The notes beneath the pieces were generated by a model. The model made no database searches and had not been told where the DNA came from. It worked only from the letters and a program-made list of their open reading frames with translations. DNA of 62,183 bases, counting the filler, from Perkinsus olseni (lineage: Eukaryota): NCBI GenBank assembly GCA_013115125.1. It is 5 parts of 5 records of this genome, joined end to end, with 100 filler letters (N's around TTAATTAATTAA, not from the genome) between each part and the next. Parts side by side here need not be neighbours in the genome. Positions count along the whole stretch, not along the records: positions 12,530 to 24,948 come from JABANN010000794.1; positions 25,049 to 37,414 come from JABANN010000795.1; 3 more parts are not named here. One strand, given 5' to 3'. Shown here one piece after another: positions 12,530-25,366 of the stretch. The translations under genes and the position numbers were made by a program. How positions within the stretch are numbered: position 1 is the first letter of the stretch; each line of letters starts with the position of its first letter.

Positions 12530-13451
12530 GCGTCACCACACGAGAGAAATCACAGACAAGTAATACAAGCCCGGGGTCGCGGTGAAGGGCTGCTGCATCG
12601 TAACAGATGCTATATGGACATCGGTATTGGTAATAAGTATGCTGGTCGAATTATTGTTGGCCTTTACTCGAAGCGTGTGCCGATGACCTGCGAGAATTTT
12701 GTGCAGCTTTGCGAAGGGTACAAGGTTGGTGAAGGCGAGACCGAAAGGCTGGTTGGCTACCGGTAAGTTCTCCTTCGTGACTATCCAGGAAAGCATTGCT
12801 GGCTTTGTGTAGCAATACGCTATTCTACAAAGTCCAACCTGGACTTGCCATCTTCGGCGGTGACACCGTGACGGGGTCGGGCCAATCGCGTGGTATGAGT
12901 ATATATGGCCGAAAATACCCGGATGAGAATTACCACATGCGGTTCGTGCAGGATGGTAGCAGTAGCATATTTCTGAGGGGATATGATTAGTAATGATGCA
13001 TGGCACTAGGTGACCTGGCGTCCATGGGCTGGGGGCCCAACACCAACTCCTCCCACTTCATGATCACCCTATTGCCGAGCCCTCCGCTCCACGGGCGGTA
13101 TGTCGTATTCGGCACCGTCCTGAGAGGCATGAAGATCGTCAGAGGTATTGGTGATCAGGCCACGCGCACGGGTACGCTTCCCTTCGGTTTGGTCTGGCGG
13201 AGGCGGGGCTTTGGTGTTTAGGTCAGTTGGTAGAGGAATGCCGGATACTCCAGTGTGGGCTCTACAGGGACGAGTGCCCGCCGCCTGTACCGCAAGAGTT
13301 TTTGGATACTCATAAACCGACCATGACCCAGATTGATTGGGAGCGTTACGATCGCGAGGTTCAGACCCGGCTGTCGGAACATGAGAAAAGCGCTGAGCGG
13401 AAGGCTTGGTCTGCATCATCAATTACTCCAGCGCACAAGTTGACCGGTTGA
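12530..13451 (+). CDS. Cyclophilin-family protein with divergent active site (multi-exon, 5' end in gap)
   Basis: 'YMDIGIGNKYAGRIIVGLYSKRVPMTCENFVQLC', 'GMSIYGRKYPDEN', 'GPNTNSSHFMI' and 'YVVFGTVLRGM'. Confidence 0.88.
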
Positions 13452-13722
13452 AAGTTTCTGCTTCATGCGGCTGTTTGTCCGTGAGGGGGAAGGATAGTTT
13501 TTTCTAGGCGTTTGCCATAACTTGCATGCTCTCACGGCTCACAAGAGGAGCTCTCGCTGGCAGCTCCAGGGGCATTCTTGGCCGGCTGGGTGAGATGTAG
13601 GATCGACCGGGGCTCGAGGTGACCAGGTCTTTCAGGCGGGTCGCCACTGACCATAGCCACGCCGACGGTTTCGGGCATGATGACGGGAGAACAGCGGCGC
13701 TATTCTCACCACAACGTGGCAA

Positions 13723-14815
13723 ATGGCTGGTACAGCCCTACTAGGCTGCTGGAATGGAGGAGGCTGCAGTTATACGCTCTCGCTGTTCATGTGAGTTGGA
13801 CCCAGCAGCTCTCCACTCGGAGTTGAGACTGCTTGACGAACGGGGGAGTGTTCGCGTGCTTTATAGATCAAACAGAAGCAGAACTTGAAAGATCGCAGAC
13901 GCCATGCGTATAGCGGCGCCACACAGCGATTCTTGCTAACCAGATTCGGATGGATGTTTCGACGGTAGAGCTGGAGATTTCTGACGAGAGGATCATTTAC
14001 GCCTCTCAGTGCAAATTTGAATTGTGATCGAGCAAGGAAGCGTACTCGTCCACAGCGGTTGACGGCTACCAGCTACCGCCTTCTGCATCGGAGAGATCAT
14101 GTGTAAGCAGCTTCGCTTCGTTGGTGGATACTGTACGGCTTGCTCAGGTGGATGAAGAAGCTGTGGCCGCATCATGTGTTCTTCGTTCGGGACCCTCCTA
14201 TAGATCACAATATCAACTTGAGAATGGAACGGCAGCTCCTGCCGGCTCATATCGCCTGATGGCCGTCATGCCTCTCGTGTGCGATGACACGTTTCTGGAC
14301 CATTCACTGCTGTTCTCTTGCGTTGACGAGTGGGGCAGATCTTGGTTAGGCCGGCTGATGTCGAAAGAATGTTCCTCGTCGATAAATGAGTCTCCTTGCC
14401 ATCGCGGGAAAAAACGAAAACGGGATGGGCAGGGGAAGGTGGCGAGCCCCGAGAACGAGTGGCACGCAAATGAAGCGATACACCGTTCACGAGTATCCCC
14501 ATCAGGCTCCTGGAGGAGAGTGCGCAAAAGTCCGACCTTCGCAGGAGCCGACGGTGGCGTGCACGGGGGCAGCCACGAGTGCGATACAGCGAAGCTTTGA
14601 AACGACAGGTAACGATCGAGGACTTCCTTTCGGGTACGGCGATGGTGCCATTTTAGATGGCAGTTGAGAGGTCAGTCGCCCCGATTATTCGTGGCCCCAA
14701 CGCAACGGCGTGGGGAAGTCCAGACACTGTTCCATCAGCAGCAGCTGGAGACTCCGACGGGGTCGCATTCATGCGCACCACCTTCAGCCGGTCTAAGTGC
14801 CTAGCAGAGGAGTAG
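13723..14815 (+). CDS. Hypothetical multi-exon protein
   Basis: Coding-like segments (ORF 14121-14600 and flanks) with candidate GT-AG introns. No recognisable motif. Confidence 0.3.
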
Positions 14816-15004
14816 CCTTGTATCATTGGTGAAATTACTGACGAATAATCCGTAATGTAGTGCATTTTCTCAACTCGTACCGCTTTTGAGTTGGGTTGCA
14901 CGTGGGGATCGCGCTCTCAATGCAGCCGCCTGCCGAACGGCCTCTCAAACAGCAATGCAGTCGTCCTTTCCGCAACGGAATCAAGGACAGTACTTTTATT
15001 TACC

Positions 15005-15815
15005 ATGTTCATAGAGGTCACAAGTGGTACCTCTGCCACTCGGCGGAGTGAGCGACCGAGGCGTATAGGCGGAGCGATGAAACGAGTCGACGATGAAACG
15101 AGGCATCAGGTGCGTCGATCGAACCATAGCTGCTTCGCCAAACCGACTCCTGCAGGTTGCTGAGGCACGTCTACTAGCACTGGAGCGTGATCAGGCATCC
15201 GGGGCAGTTGACACATTCGACGCCGCAGACGATGTCTGGGAGCCAAGTGATGATAGTGATGCGACTCCGTCCGGGAATGGTTCTCATCGACGTAGAAGAT
15301 CTCGGAAGGCTGACGCAACTGGTGAGGGCGGATCTCACTTCACCGTCAAGGTGTAAATATAATCAGCGCAGTCATCGTGGACGTCTGATGACCAGTTCCT
15401 GGGGCCGAGGGGATCTCATGCATCGATTGCCCCTGATAGCTCGTTGAGCAGCCCATCATGTGGACGTGTTGTTTTCTGCGGGCTCATTATTCCGCCCTGT
15501 CAGAGCAATCCGTCATTGGGACGAAGCGTGAACGGAAGACGCTCGAGATGATCCTCGTCGAAGACCGAGCGGAGGCTGAGAAAAACCGTAAGATCTGCGA
15601 ATGTTTCCAACTCGGTACGAGGTCTCATTTCAGCGAACCTCGTGAATACGTTCGAGGCCTGCGAGGTTGGCGAGTCTCGGTATCCATCGGCCAAGATTTG
15701 CAGCGTTTGCCTCTACTTAGCCAAGTATCAGTGCGCTCGCTGCGGTATGTTGTACTGTTCCAAACGTTGCCACGATATTCACAGAGAAACCAAGTGTATC
15801 AAGTTCGCCGAGTGA
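15005..15815 (+). CDS. SWC6: HIT zinc-finger SWR1-complex subunit (SWC6/Vps71/ZNHIT1-like)
   Basis: 'AEARLLALERD' near the N-terminus; last exon 'KICSVCLYLAKYQCARCGMLYCSKRCHDIHRETKCIKFAE*'. Confidence 0.88.
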
Positions 15816-16158
15816 CAAGTCAGTTTTTGTGTTCATGGCAGCTTTGCCTTACTAGTTGAGGTTATTGTGCACTCTTCGCGGGCCCACCATATGTGTTTAT
15901 CTGTCTAAGGTATTTACGCTCCGAGTTGAGCTGCTGAATCGTATCTGTTATAAGACATACACTGGTACATCCTTGTTCAAGAAATATTCGCAGGATTCGC
16001 ACTAGAGACTTGAGTAGACTATCAAGATCCTCGCCACAGGGTGTATCGCGACGGATAATTATCGTGTCACTCCCATAAAACGAGACAGTCAGAATGAGTT
16101 TATTGAACAGCACATCAGAGCATGCGTCGGGTCAACAAGACGGCATATAGACAATTGT

Positions 16159-17260
16159 CTATCCGCCCGCTACTGTATCTTTGGTAATTAAAATAGGCCT
16201 AGAAGGCGGAGGCTTCATCGACCAAGTCCAGGACTCTCGCTTCGAAGGGCCACCAATAACACGCGGTGTGCTGGTGCGGCGGTTGTGCTCCGCCAAGTCT
16301 TTACTTCGCAAAGGGACAATCGGCTGCACCACCCTGACCTGGCCCAAGCCCAGAGGTGCTCGAACCATACGTTTGCCGATCCTCCGCTTGGGTGAAGGTG
16401 GACGGACTAGAATGCCACTCCCTCCTTGTCCCCCAGCTAGCGCGCTGGCCATGCCTCGGCTACTTCCGAGCACACCATTGGTGTAGCTCTCTGACAGACG
16501 CCTGCCCCTTCCATCAGTAGACTCGGTTTCTTCCGTGTCGTTGAAGATGTGGGACGCTCGTACCCTCTGAGCGTTCATCCAGGCCTCGGGTCCTCCCACT
16601 GGAGTTCGGAGGCTTTGGACGATCCTTGAATCGGTTGGGTTGATGACATGCGACACTCTGGCCCGATTGGCGATACCGATTGCCTGCTCGCCACGTAGAC
16701 GCCCTCCTCTAGGGGACAGGCCCATTTGGAATAGGGTCGTGGACTCTTGAGGATGAGCCAGCATTCTTCGTGATGGTCTCGCAGGAGAGCTGCGGCCTTC
16801 GCCAATGTTTGACAGATTTTTCACTGATACCCGCAGAGGTTTCATGAGCTTCCGGATTTTTTCGAACTCCAGCCGAGCGCTGTAGGGACCGACATGGCTC
16901 CTGCCTGTCCGTTGAGGCTCTCCTGGAGCCCCTTCCGGTAGGATAAGCTTCTTGAAAGGTGAAGGAGCAGAGGCCGGCGCACGGTTTTCGCCATCGTTAG
17001 CAGAAGGAGGCGAATCAGTGCTCGATACTTGACTAGAGCCGGGAGGCCTCTTGGTGGCTCCCGCTGGCTGACCCTCGTACCTGCTCACATTACTTGGGCG
17101 GACGGCGGTCGACCCAGACTCACTTAGGGAGCGGCGGAGGGCTATCTGGGTTACTGCTGGTCATTGAAGGCTTTTGGAGATCCTCATTGTTACCTAGAAA
17201 GCCACTGCCTCGCATCTGTTTCGCGTAGATCTCTCTCGAGACACTGCGAGGTGAGAGCAT
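16159..17260 (-). CDS. Hypothetical low-complexity Pro/Ser/Arg-rich protein (2 exons)
   Basis: Exon 'MLSPRSV...PPLP' splices in frame (GTGAGT...GAGCAG) into the 16159-17088 ORF. Confidence 0.6.
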
Positions 17261-17377
17261 AGTGACGAAATAATTCCAAACTTTATCAGCGAAGACGAAC
17301 ACGGAGTATCACCGAACTACGCCCGAACTCGGAACTATCTTTTCATAACAAGCGGGCACACTAGTGCTCAAGTCAAT

Positions 17378-19517
17378 TCATGGCGATTCTGCAGGGGGCA
17401 TCTCCCCCACTTTCAGAACAGGCACACGGATGGCCCCGACGCCTGTGGGATGCTCACGCTTCGGCGATTCCTGTGCGGGGGCAGGGCTCCTCAGCAGTGC
17501 CTCCGCCTTGGCCTGGTCTTGGAGGCGTTCGATCTCTTTCTTCGCCTTGGAAGCCTCTTTTCTTGCTTCCCTGAGTTGCTGTCTAAGAACGGCCACTTCG
17601 AGCCTCCTGTTGGCTGAGAGACGTTCGGATGTCTGAGACGCGGTCTCAGAAATAGCGACTGTCATGCCCGAGTCGTCCGAAACGTCCGCCGTAGTCTCGC
17701 TAGGGCTATCGAAGCGGCTGTTCTGGAAGTCTATAGCCGAGATGAGCTGACTGACGTCATTCCCTTTCGGTGGTCCGCACGTTTTCTCCGCCGGAGTGCT
17801 TCGCCACATCGTCCGCCGAGCTGCAGTGAGAAGCTTCCGTCGAGTGTTGCACACTGCACAAGTAGACCCCTCGTCATGTGAGAACTCTTCCTCGCGGCTA
17901 TCGCCCTCACCATCACCCTCTTGGCCCATCCTCGCCAAGAGGTGCTCGGCTGTGGCAACCAATGCCGCCTGGCGACGCTTGAGATTGGTAGCTGCCTGGT
18001 GCAGGCGAAGAACTATGGCGTCCAAATCGCGGTTATCGGACACATAATTAACCCCTGTCCCGGGACTGGCCTTCCTGTCCGGAGACACCGATTTCAATTT
18101 CTCTATCTGAGCTCGCAAGGTACTGATCATTTCTCGCTGCTTGGCAATCATGCTGTGCTCTTCCGAGACGTAATGCACCATCGGCTTTGCCGACACAGCC
18201 ACAGTAGCCGCTCTAGTTGCAAAGCGCAGTGAGGACACTGAGTGCTCGATCACTGACCTCTGGGAGCCAGGGTGCAGCGTGACGAGTATCGCTGATCTCG
18301 CTCCTGCCAACGGCGATAGGAATGGCACTAACAGTTGCGTTAGTTTGCTGTCTCGCCAGGATATATGCGGCGCTGGGTGGGCAGACTTACCAAGGCTCCA
18401 AGAGGAAAGTCGGTTGATGGTCTCCCTCAAGAAGAAGAGGCTCTTGTTTATACTGCAGGTCTCGAGTCTGTTGGTGATGTCATCAGCCCTCTCGCTGCCA
18501 GCGAGATCGACGATGCACAATACCCCCACACGAGTGAGCTCATCTTCGCTCGGGTTGTGGCTCTCGACCTTGATGAAGCACATGCCGTGGCTGCGGCTGG
18601 AAATCTCGTTAAACTGAGAGCTTGCGACCGCTCGGCGTCGATCCTCTGCCCTTTCGAGCGCCGAAATGATCTCACTACTACTGCGAACTATCTTCTCCTT
18701 CAGACCCTCCACGTAGAACTCACCAGGCGATCCTTTCATATCCTCGCGGACTGGAAGATTGCGGCTGCCCGGGGAGAAGGGCCGCAGAAGATCATTAACC
18801 CTCTCATTGTAGACCTCTAGGTAAGACATCCGCACCAGGTACTCTATACTCGGGTCAGCTTCGATGAACGCGAAGATATCTTCCGCTGCGAAGTGGACAA
18901 TGCCCTTCGTCCTCTGGCCGTTCATTCGCGAGCCGAACATGGAGTAGGTCTTTCCTGAGCCCGTTTGACCATAGGCTAGCAGAGCTCCGTTGACGCCACT
19001 TTTCAAGCTCGAGACCGTCTCCTTAAAGACAGCCGCGTAGACCTCCTCAGTGGGTTCAGGATTGAAGACATGATCAACCGTGACCTCATATTTCGTGGGC
19101 TCCTCTCGCTGATGGTTCGTCCGTCTGATGGGGCTCGGAGTTGCCGGTGGGAAGCTCTCGGGCGACGGCTGACCGCCTCGTTGTGATGCACCACGCCATT
19201 CGGTCATAGGCAGGGATATCGACGTGGCTGAGGTCCGCCACGATGCTGCCGTGACGCCTGAAAATAACGAGACTGTGGTACAGGCCGGCTATCCTCAACA
19301 ACTGCTAGCCCTCCTTCGAGGGAGCTTGCGGGTTATTCAGGAATGGAGTGTCAGCAATACCAGACCACTACAATGAACTGTTACCTTTCGAGATCTCACT
19401 GTGGAGCAAAGGCCGCAGCCTGACGGCCACTTTCACACGGCTGCGATCGTCCTCTCGAAAGCCACTGTGGTGGTCGCTCGCTGTGGTGTGTTGGAATGAT
19501 TGACTGCTGCTCTCCAT
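17378..19517 (-). CDS. Kinesin motor protein with C-terminal coiled coil
   Basis: First exon 'VKVAVRLRP'; P-loop 'GQTGSGKTYSM'; switch motifs 'SSRSH' and 'DLAGSER'; 'HISWRDSKLTQLL'. Confidence 0.95.
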
Positions 19518-19683
19518 TAACTTCTACTACAGGCGAGCCTCAGATTGACAAACTCAGACCAATGTGCGGGTGGAGGGTATACGCTTATTCAATGATATGA
19601 TTACTCGGTAATAGACTACAATGTACTGCAACGGAAAGCCGATCCTCGTCGAAAGGGGGATCGTCTCACTTCTCCTTCAATCC

Positions 19684-21645
19684 TCACGGCCGGAGTCTCC
19701 CTTGTAGTGGTGGAGGGGCTGCTCGACGGGGCGCAACGTCGAACGTATTTCGCGGACGAGCGTCTCTTATGGGTCCCGATGCCTGCTGCCTGTCGTCCCA
19801 ACCTCCTCTCGGCTGGTACTGGTACTTACTGTAAGGCTCACTGCGCTGGTACCTAGGACCGCTCGCCCGCTCATACATGCGACCTGCCGGCTCCAGCGGT
19901 CTGGGTATGTGCGCCGATGCCTGTTGCCGCTGTGGCAATGACGGGACTGCGCGAAGAGGATGGACGGGCCTCGAAGCATCTGCGCGCGATCGAGGCTCGG
20001 ACGTTGCCGGCGTATAGTGTTGTATGCTCTCGACTTGCTTCTCGAGAGAGCTGGAAGTATCGCTACGATCCAACTCGATACGCACGGGCTTCGACATTGG
20101 CTTCTCTCCAGATATCTTCACGTCTCGCCCTTCGCCGTGGTAACGCTCGAAGATTGCCTCCACCTCTGCAGAGCCTCGACCCATCACCATGGGTTGTATC
20201 AGACTGCGCCCTCGATTCTGGTTCCAGTGGTGGACATAATCGCACAGAGTCATCGATGCGTGGAAGAGAGACGCTCGTACTGTCCTCCACTGGAAGCACT
20301 TATTGCCGATGTCCGATGAGGGCTCCAGAGGGCTCTCCATGCAAATGATATCATTGCTGTGATTCCTCTTGTTAACGACATCGAAGCGTCGCTCCGCCTT
20401 GCTGAACATTCTGCCACCATTAGTCACTGAGAGGCCATATATATCACAGCGGAAATCACGGCCGAGCCACTGCAGCATGTCCACCAAGAGGTGTCCCAAG
20501 CTCTCGTTCCCCTCCGCTGAATGAGAGTAGCCGAAGGAAGTTGGATGCTGCTGCAGGAAGGCGATAACCAGACAAGCAGCCAGGTAGCTGCCGACGCCTC
20601 CAGTGAAAGTGAGGTTGAGCTTCCTCGCGGCAAGATACGTCTTGAGGAAGATCATCAACGGCTTGAAGGCCGGGTACTTGTTCACACCCTCCCGCATAAC
20701 GAATTTAGTGGTGTCAGAGGAGTCTGGCTCCCCAGAGGAGTTGTCATGCACAGAGACATCGACTTCAACGTAAGGCGGCAGCACGTCCACGAGCTTTACT
20801 ATCGGCACTCGAGCAGTCTCGCGAAGCTCCAGCTCCTTCAGTTGACCCTGACTGAGTAACTTATCAGAGAGCATCCGAACCGCTTCCACCGCTCCAACAG
20901 GTACGTTCTGCAGGGAGAGGTCGATGTCACCGCAAGGCAGGCTCAGACCGGAGAGGAAACTGCCAAAGACTTTGAGTTCGCATTCTGGCCAAAGGTCCTT
21001 GCAAGCCCCATTGATTCTCGCTATGAACTCCTCTCTCGCATTAACTTCATCGTCATTGAGGACCACCCATTTGGTATAGTCGACCAGCTCTTCGTGTAGC
21101 ATGAGATGCATCGGCAGATGGGGATCGTACCCTCCCTTGGGCCACCATGGAGGGGCCTGCGACATCGCCGCTGCCGGCCTCGAGCTAGCAACGATTCCCT
21201 CGAAGGCCTCAGGAACGGTGTTGGAGGAGGTAGAGATGCTCATGAAATTATCGCCCTCCTCGCCGACAGTACCAGCCTCTGCGGCGGCCTTTTTTTCTCG
21301 AGGCCTCCGTAGAAGGTCCCGCATGGACTTGTTCTTTCCCGCCTGAAAGGATACCCAGCCTAGTTCCCAGCAAAGAAGCAGCTATCCATAAATCACCATA
21401 TTTCGACGACCCCGGCCATGTGATCATTGCGGCTAGCGGCCAGTGCGCTGGCCACGCGATCATTCCAAGGAGCGACCCATGAGCGTCTGGTGATATCCTC
21501 CCCGCGCTACTACCCTTTCCTTGTTCATCTCTTCCTCCTCTGGAGTTATGAACTGCTCTATGAAAGCCTCGTAAGCATCATTGGGGGCAGCAGGGGCCGC
21601 GGTAGAGGACTCGGAAGCCTCTACCGTTATTTCATTATCGGACAT
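19684..21645 (-). CDS. Non-canonical poly(A) polymerase, TRF4/PAPD5 (TENT4) type
   Basis: 'VFGSFLSGLSLPCGDIDL', 'ARVPIVK', 'EVDVS', 'TGGVGSY' and a PAP-associated region. An upstream exon from ATG 21645 splices in frame. Confidence 0.92.
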
Positions 21646-21801
21646 TAGGAAAAGGGGGTGGACGAAGAGAATGGGAACGGCGCGGTAGAGATCGCAGAAT
21701 TGAGGAAATGCAAGTGGTTGCAAGAACGCAAGAGCTAGCAAATTTGATGGAGCCAGGTCCAAGCGGGAGATGTTACCGCAGCATCCGCTCTCCCCGGTTG
21801 T

Positions 21802-22307
21802 TAGTTGTCCTTCTCTCTCTTCTCCTCTATGCTGGCTGATGGCCGACGTCGTGGACGAAGCTTGCCACCGGCTGGCCGGAATGTGTTCAAGTAGTAAGGG
21901 TTGGCTGGGCGGAACCATAGGGTAGAGGTCACTGAGTGAGGGTCCTTCTATTAGCTTCGCCCCGTCCCCAAGGCGGGCCACGTCTCCGGTTCGTCATCCA
22001 CCATGGCGGCCGGCTGGACTACCTCAGAAAAGGTACGGGTTCCTTCTGAGTCCCTTGAAGGAGACACTGCCGTGCAGGTGGATGACACCACCTAACCACA
22101 GCTCCCCATCGCCACGACGACGGTCATCATCACAGGGAAGGACTCCTAGACCTCAGAGCTCGTTACCCAGATCGAGCCCCAAGGCCGAGGTTGTTGTTAC
22201 TATACGGTCCATCTTCGAGAAGACCGTCACTCGGGAGAAGTGAGCGAGGAGTCCCTTGACGGCCCGTACCTCCCCCCTTCAGGGTTCAGGATTTCGTACT
22301 GGGCCAT
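21802..22307 (-). CDS. Possible small multi-exon hypothetical protein
   Basis: Candidate exons 'MAQYEILNPEGG' through 'NPYYLNTFRPAGGKLRPRRR...KDN*' with GT-AG junctions. Confidence 0.28.
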
Positions 22308-22469
22308 TTGTCAATGGCGGGCAAAGTGCCAATGGAGGCCTTTTACATCACGAAGTGAGCCTTTGGTCTTGCCAGGTCTGGTAAGCCGACTTCTAGGTAT
22401 CTAAATCGGGCCGGCGAGGTATCGATATCACTGGAGGTCCGTCCAACCGATGCTGGTAGCAGTACTGAG

Positions 22470-24737
22470 ATGGTGCGTCGTCTGGCTACGGCCCTCGAGG
22501 ACCCAAAGTCGAAGCTTCATCGTCCTGGGTCCCTCTCAAGCAGGGTTTTCACAGGCGCTAGGATGGACGTACGGCATCCTGGAGAGACCCAGCGGGAGTG
22601 GACCTCACCAGTACCGACCAGGGCCTACTCGCCCTCGGGTAGTATCGGGAGTCCAGGAAAAGGCGGAGGCCTCGAGGGAGCTCGGTCGCCATCCCCCGAG
22701 CGTACTGCTGCTCAATCAACCTCGAAGGCTCAAGCGCCATCTCGAACTACCGTGGAGGTCCCTCGGGCAGCATCACGGGGCATCGCGCCGAGGCCTGTGG
22801 CTGCGGTGAAGGTGGATCCTCCAGCTCCCAATGAGTCGGCCCGCGCAGGAAAAGATGTTAAACCTCCCACGGTGTCTCGAGGTATCGTACGTAGATCAGT
22901 GCCTGAAGTAGAAGTCGATTCGGCATCCCCAAACGAGTCGGCTCGGGGTAGAAAAGCCAGTAATGGGATATTGAAGGTTGCTCGTAGCGTCGGATCTAAG
23001 CCAGCTCCTGCGCGGAAGGTAGATGATGTAGCCCAAGGTGAATCGGTCCGCGGGAAGGAAACTGAGGCTGAGAAAAAGCAAGAGTCGCCCTTCATGGCGA
23101 AGTGGCGAGAGGCTATTCTTAATGCTACTAGAAGGGAGGAACCTGCTGGCAGTTATAGCGTCAGCGTTATACCAGCGAAGGCTACAGAGGAGGCACAGGG
23201 CCACGAGGGTGTGGCCAACTTTGAGGAAGAGGTGGGCCAGCAGGCGACGAACTCTCTTTTGGAGGCCCGCCGAGGGTTGAAGTCGGATGTAGCAGCTCCC
23301 TTGTCTCCCGGCTCCTTGTCTGCGGCCTCCGCAGCTAGGAATCTGGACGGCGGGGGCGATGTAACCGCGATTGACCGCACCCTGTGGGACCCGCTGCTTC
23401 ACGGTAGGAAGGCGAACTTCGATGGGTACGTCGTTCGCAGTGTTGATCCGAGTGGAGAAGGTGGTCAATCCTGGGCTGTTAGCGAGGTGGCTCCGTACTT
23501 GGACGGGGACCGACTAGTGTGGAAGTGCGAGATATCGGGACTGTTGGAAGCCGATCAACTCGCGGAGAGCGCGGAGACGATAGGGCCCGGCTTCGGTGTG
23601 TGCGGCCAGAGCACCGAAAGAGTAAACAGTACCGCAGCCATGTACGCCCCTGGGGCTACCTTACTTGGGTACGACATAGTTAGTGTTTGTGTAGCCGGCA
23701 GCTGGGTGCCGCCGGATAGTGTATTCAAAGCTGACTGGTCGAGAGACTTGAGGATTGAAGACTCGCTCACAGTTGTGGCGGAGCGGAACACTGGTGTCTT
23801 GGGGATCTACGTTAACGGCCATGAAGTACACCGTCAAAAGCTCGGGGAGAAAATGCCTGCGAGCCCGAGGCTTATATTGGACTTATTGGGGAAGGTCGGG
23901 GCAGTCCGAGTGCTCCCTACTGAAGACGTGGGGGAGGTCCTCGCGTCTTGGCCGCTGGTGCGAGGGTCGCGGAGTTACTCGGTAAGCGCGGAGGCGCCCA
24001 AGAATATGGTAAAGGTCACTGCGATATCAACAGCCAGACCTACGCCTACGCCTGACATCGTCGTCAGCGGTCGGAAATCGAGCGCGAAGCAGCGCCGGCG
24101 AAGCTCGACCCGGGAGGCTGCGCGAGCAGCTGAGGAGCTTCCTCTACCTGTGGTGAAGCGTGCTTCAGTCCCTGCGGCTGACTACCCTACAGGCGGCCCG
24201 GCTAAGGCCCAATCAATGTCATCAGTCAGCCGGCCGAGTCTGCCCGAAACGCGGAGTGGTGTTACAGTTAGTGAGTCGAACTATGAATCGCAGACTGGGA
24301 CTTATAGGACCAAGACTGCTTCGATACCGGCAAGCTTCTCTGACCCCAGCTACAGAGGAGGCTCGATAAGTGCATCGTCGAGGAGAAGCACGCCGTCGAG
24401 GAGCTCATACCAGACGGGCTCGAGGACAATGGTCTCGGTCAGCGGAAGCTACTCGAGGCCGAGTGAGAGAGCATATTCGCCGACGTACAGCGGGCGGTCC
24501 TCGAGCCAGAGCTCTGGGAGGCGTTCCATCACAGTGACCTCTAGTGGTAGCGACTCGCGGAGTGACAGTGTATCGGTGACGGCCTCGTCTGGGTACTCCA
24601 GTCAGAGTGATCGTATCAGCGTAACCTCCTCTTACGTCAGCCGCTCGCACTCCCCTTCAGTGTCAGTAACCAGCAGTGAGAGCGAGCGGGTCCCTACTCT
24701 CACCGTCACTAGCAGCTATGAGAGCTCCTATTCCTAG
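22470..24737 (+). CDS. 755-aa protein with a central neuralized (NHR)/SPRY-like domain and a Ser-rich tail
   Basis: Long intronless ORF. 'LRIEDSLTVV...GVLGIYVNG...LILDLLGKVGAVRVL' resembles an NHR C-terminal half. Tail has SxSVTxSS repeats. Confidence 0.65.
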   Translation: MVRRLATALEDPKSKLHRPGSLSSRVFTGARMDVRHPGETQREWTSPVPTRAYSPSGSIGSPGKGGGLEGARSPSPERTAAQSTSKAQAPSRTTVEVPRAASRGIAPRPVAAVKVDPPAPNESARAGKDVKPPTVSRGIVRRSVPEVEVDSASPNESARGRKASNGILKVARSVGSKPAPARKVDDVAQGESVRGKETEAEKKQESPFMAKWREAILNATRREEPAGSYSVSVIPAKATEEAQGHEGVANFEEEVGQQATNSLLEARRGLKSDVAAPLSPGSLSAASAARNLDGGGDVTAIDRTLWDPLLHGRKANFDGYVVRSVDPSGEGGQSWAVSEVAPYLDGDRLVWKCEISGLLEADQLAESAETIGPGFGVCGQSTERVNSTAAMYAPGATLLGYDIVSVCVAGSWVPPDSVFKADWSRDLRIEDSLTVVAERNTGVLGIYVNGHEVHRQKLGEKMPASPRLILDLLGKVGAVRVLPTEDVGEVLASWPLVRGSRSYSVSAEAPKNMVKVTAISTARPTPTPDIVVSGRKSSAKQRRRSSTREAARAAEELPLPVVKRASVPAADYPTGGPAKAQSMSSVSRPSLPETRSGVTVSESNYESQTGTYRTKTASIPASFSDPSYRGGSISASSRRSTPSRSSYQTGSRTMVSVSGSYSRPSERAYSPTYSGRSSSQSSGRRSITVTSSGSDSRSDSVSVTASSGYSSQSDRISVTSSYVSRSHSPSVSVTSSESERVPTLTVTSSYESSYS

Positions 24738-25048
24738 CTGTCGAAGTGCTTCTGCATGCAGATATCATTGACCACTTTATCAACTCTGTTGTGGACACAA
24801 GTGGGGCGTTGCGTTTGGTGCCATCACCTTTGGGGGGGGGGGGGGGGGTTGGGTGGGGGCGTGGGGGGGGTGGGGGTGGTGGTGGTGGTGGAAGAAAATA
24901 AAAGGAAAAAAAAAGAGAGCGAGAATAAATGGGGTGGTTTAAAACAAANNNNNNNNNNNNNNNNNNNNNNNNNNNNNNNNNNNNNNNNNNNNTTAATTAA
25001 TTAANNNNNNNNNNNNNNNNNNNNNNNNNNNNNNNNNNNNNNNNNNNN

Positions 25049-25049
25049 G

Positions 25050-25120
<71 letters not shown>
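25049..25120. repeat. (GTT)24 microsatellite adjoining a gap
   Basis: Perfect GTT repeat; true length unknown because it runs into the gap. Confidence 0.95.
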
Positions 25121-25366
25121 CCTGCTTCTTTCACTGTGGAAGCTACGGCATTCCTGGGCCGGGTAACTCCGTCAGTTTCGATTGTGGGTGGTTGCGCGTT
25201 GGTGTTGTCAATGACAATGGAGCGGTTGCGCTCGATGGGAGTTACAGGACGTCGACTGCGGTGGTGAGTGTCGACTGAGAAGATCGACAAATCACTTATC
25301 GCGGGGAGGCTTCGTCAGCCTGGCGCCGCTAGTAGACACCACGGGGTTGGGTAGTTGCGGTAGTTG

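Noticed and set aside
24830-24948. G-rich then A-rich tract (possible G-quadruplex)
   Set aside because: Abuts a gap and looks like low-quality read end.
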